A stretch of DNA of 63,248 bases, counting the filler, from Sphacelaria rigidula (taxonomy: Eukaryota), in NCBI GenBank assembly GCA_964200075.2. It is 7 parts of 7 records of this genome, joined end to end, with 100 filler letters (N's around TTAATTAATTAA, not from the genome) between each part and the next. Parts side by side here need not be neighbours in the genome. Positions count along the whole stretch, not along the records: positions 54,301 to 63,248 come from CAXNAA020009677.1; 6 more parts are not named here. One strand, written 5' to 3'. This document shows, one piece after another, positions 62,719 through 63,248 of the stretch. Both the position numbers and the translations under genes were made by a program. The notes under the pieces are model-generated. The model was not told where the DNA came from, did no database searches, and worked only from the letters and a program-made list of their open reading frames with translations. Position 1 is the stretch's first letter; the number at the start of each line of letters is the position of its first letter.

Positions 62719-63078
62719 GGTCGCCCCGGTGGCTCAGTTGGTAACCTCAAAACCTTCTGACGGTTGGGTCGTGGGTTCAATTCTCGGAGCGATCTAGGAT
62801 TATTTCTCATGCCCAACAGTGGTGAGCGACTATGTCGTGGGTACACAAAATTCGACTGAACGGTCGACGAGGGAAAGGGACTGCTGAACCCCTCTCGTGA
62901 TAAAAAGAATGAAGGCAAGCACCGCAGAAGGAAGGTGGGGTACTAAACACAAATAAAAACGAAAGAGCTCCAGTGTTAATCTTCCTCCTGTGTGACTTCG
63001 GCGGGTGCGCCCACATATACCGAAAGTTGTAGACTGGCATCCAGAGTAGATGGGACGACAACACACACACACAACACA
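62719..63078 (+). mobile_element. tRNA-derived SINE, full length, (CA)n tail
   Basis: GGTCGCCCCGGTGGCTCAGTTGGTAAC (A box), CTTCTGA loop, GGGTTCAATTCTC (B box), conserved body. Confidence 0.88.
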
Positions 63079-63248
63079 TTTTCACATATTTCATAAGTCG
63101 TGTTTTGGATGAGATGAAGGGCTCCCGACAATTCTAACCTCAGAAAATACGTGTGCACCCCCACCATAGATAGCATCACTTAACAGCCGATTTTATATTT
63201 TGGGGTTCATACAAAATATGGGGCTGAAGTGGCATATCTGTCTTGCAC

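Overview
Eukaryotic, intron-rich and very repeat-rich DNA, most likely from a brown alga (Phaeophyceae). That taxon is an inference from splice-site style, repeat families, TTAGGG-like repeats and the SPX/TMEM131-type genes. The window is not one locus. It holds seven segments of 8951, 8951, 8950, 8950, 8949, 8949 and 8948 bp joined by identical 100-nt N spacers carrying TTAATTAATTAA, i.e. length-sorted unplaced contigs, so nothing should be read across the gaps. Host genes: six exons of an SPX-domain protein (29052-32528, +, first exon uncertain), two 5' exons of a TMEM131-like protein (49385-51772, -), one orphan exon and one possible signal-peptide exon. The rest is mobile or repetitive DNA: a complete non-autonomous LTR element with a 5-bp TSD (57871-61707), Gypsy protease and integrase relics, a composite Gypsy-associated family with 41-bp minisatellites and a Tudor-like domain, a tRNA-derived SINE family, Stowaway-, Tourist- and CACTA-like MITEs, a GACT...AGTC MITE family with 4-bp TSDs, and several hairpins and minisatellites. 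No CRISPR array, rRNA or intact tRNA was found. All alignments were done by eye; no searches were run.
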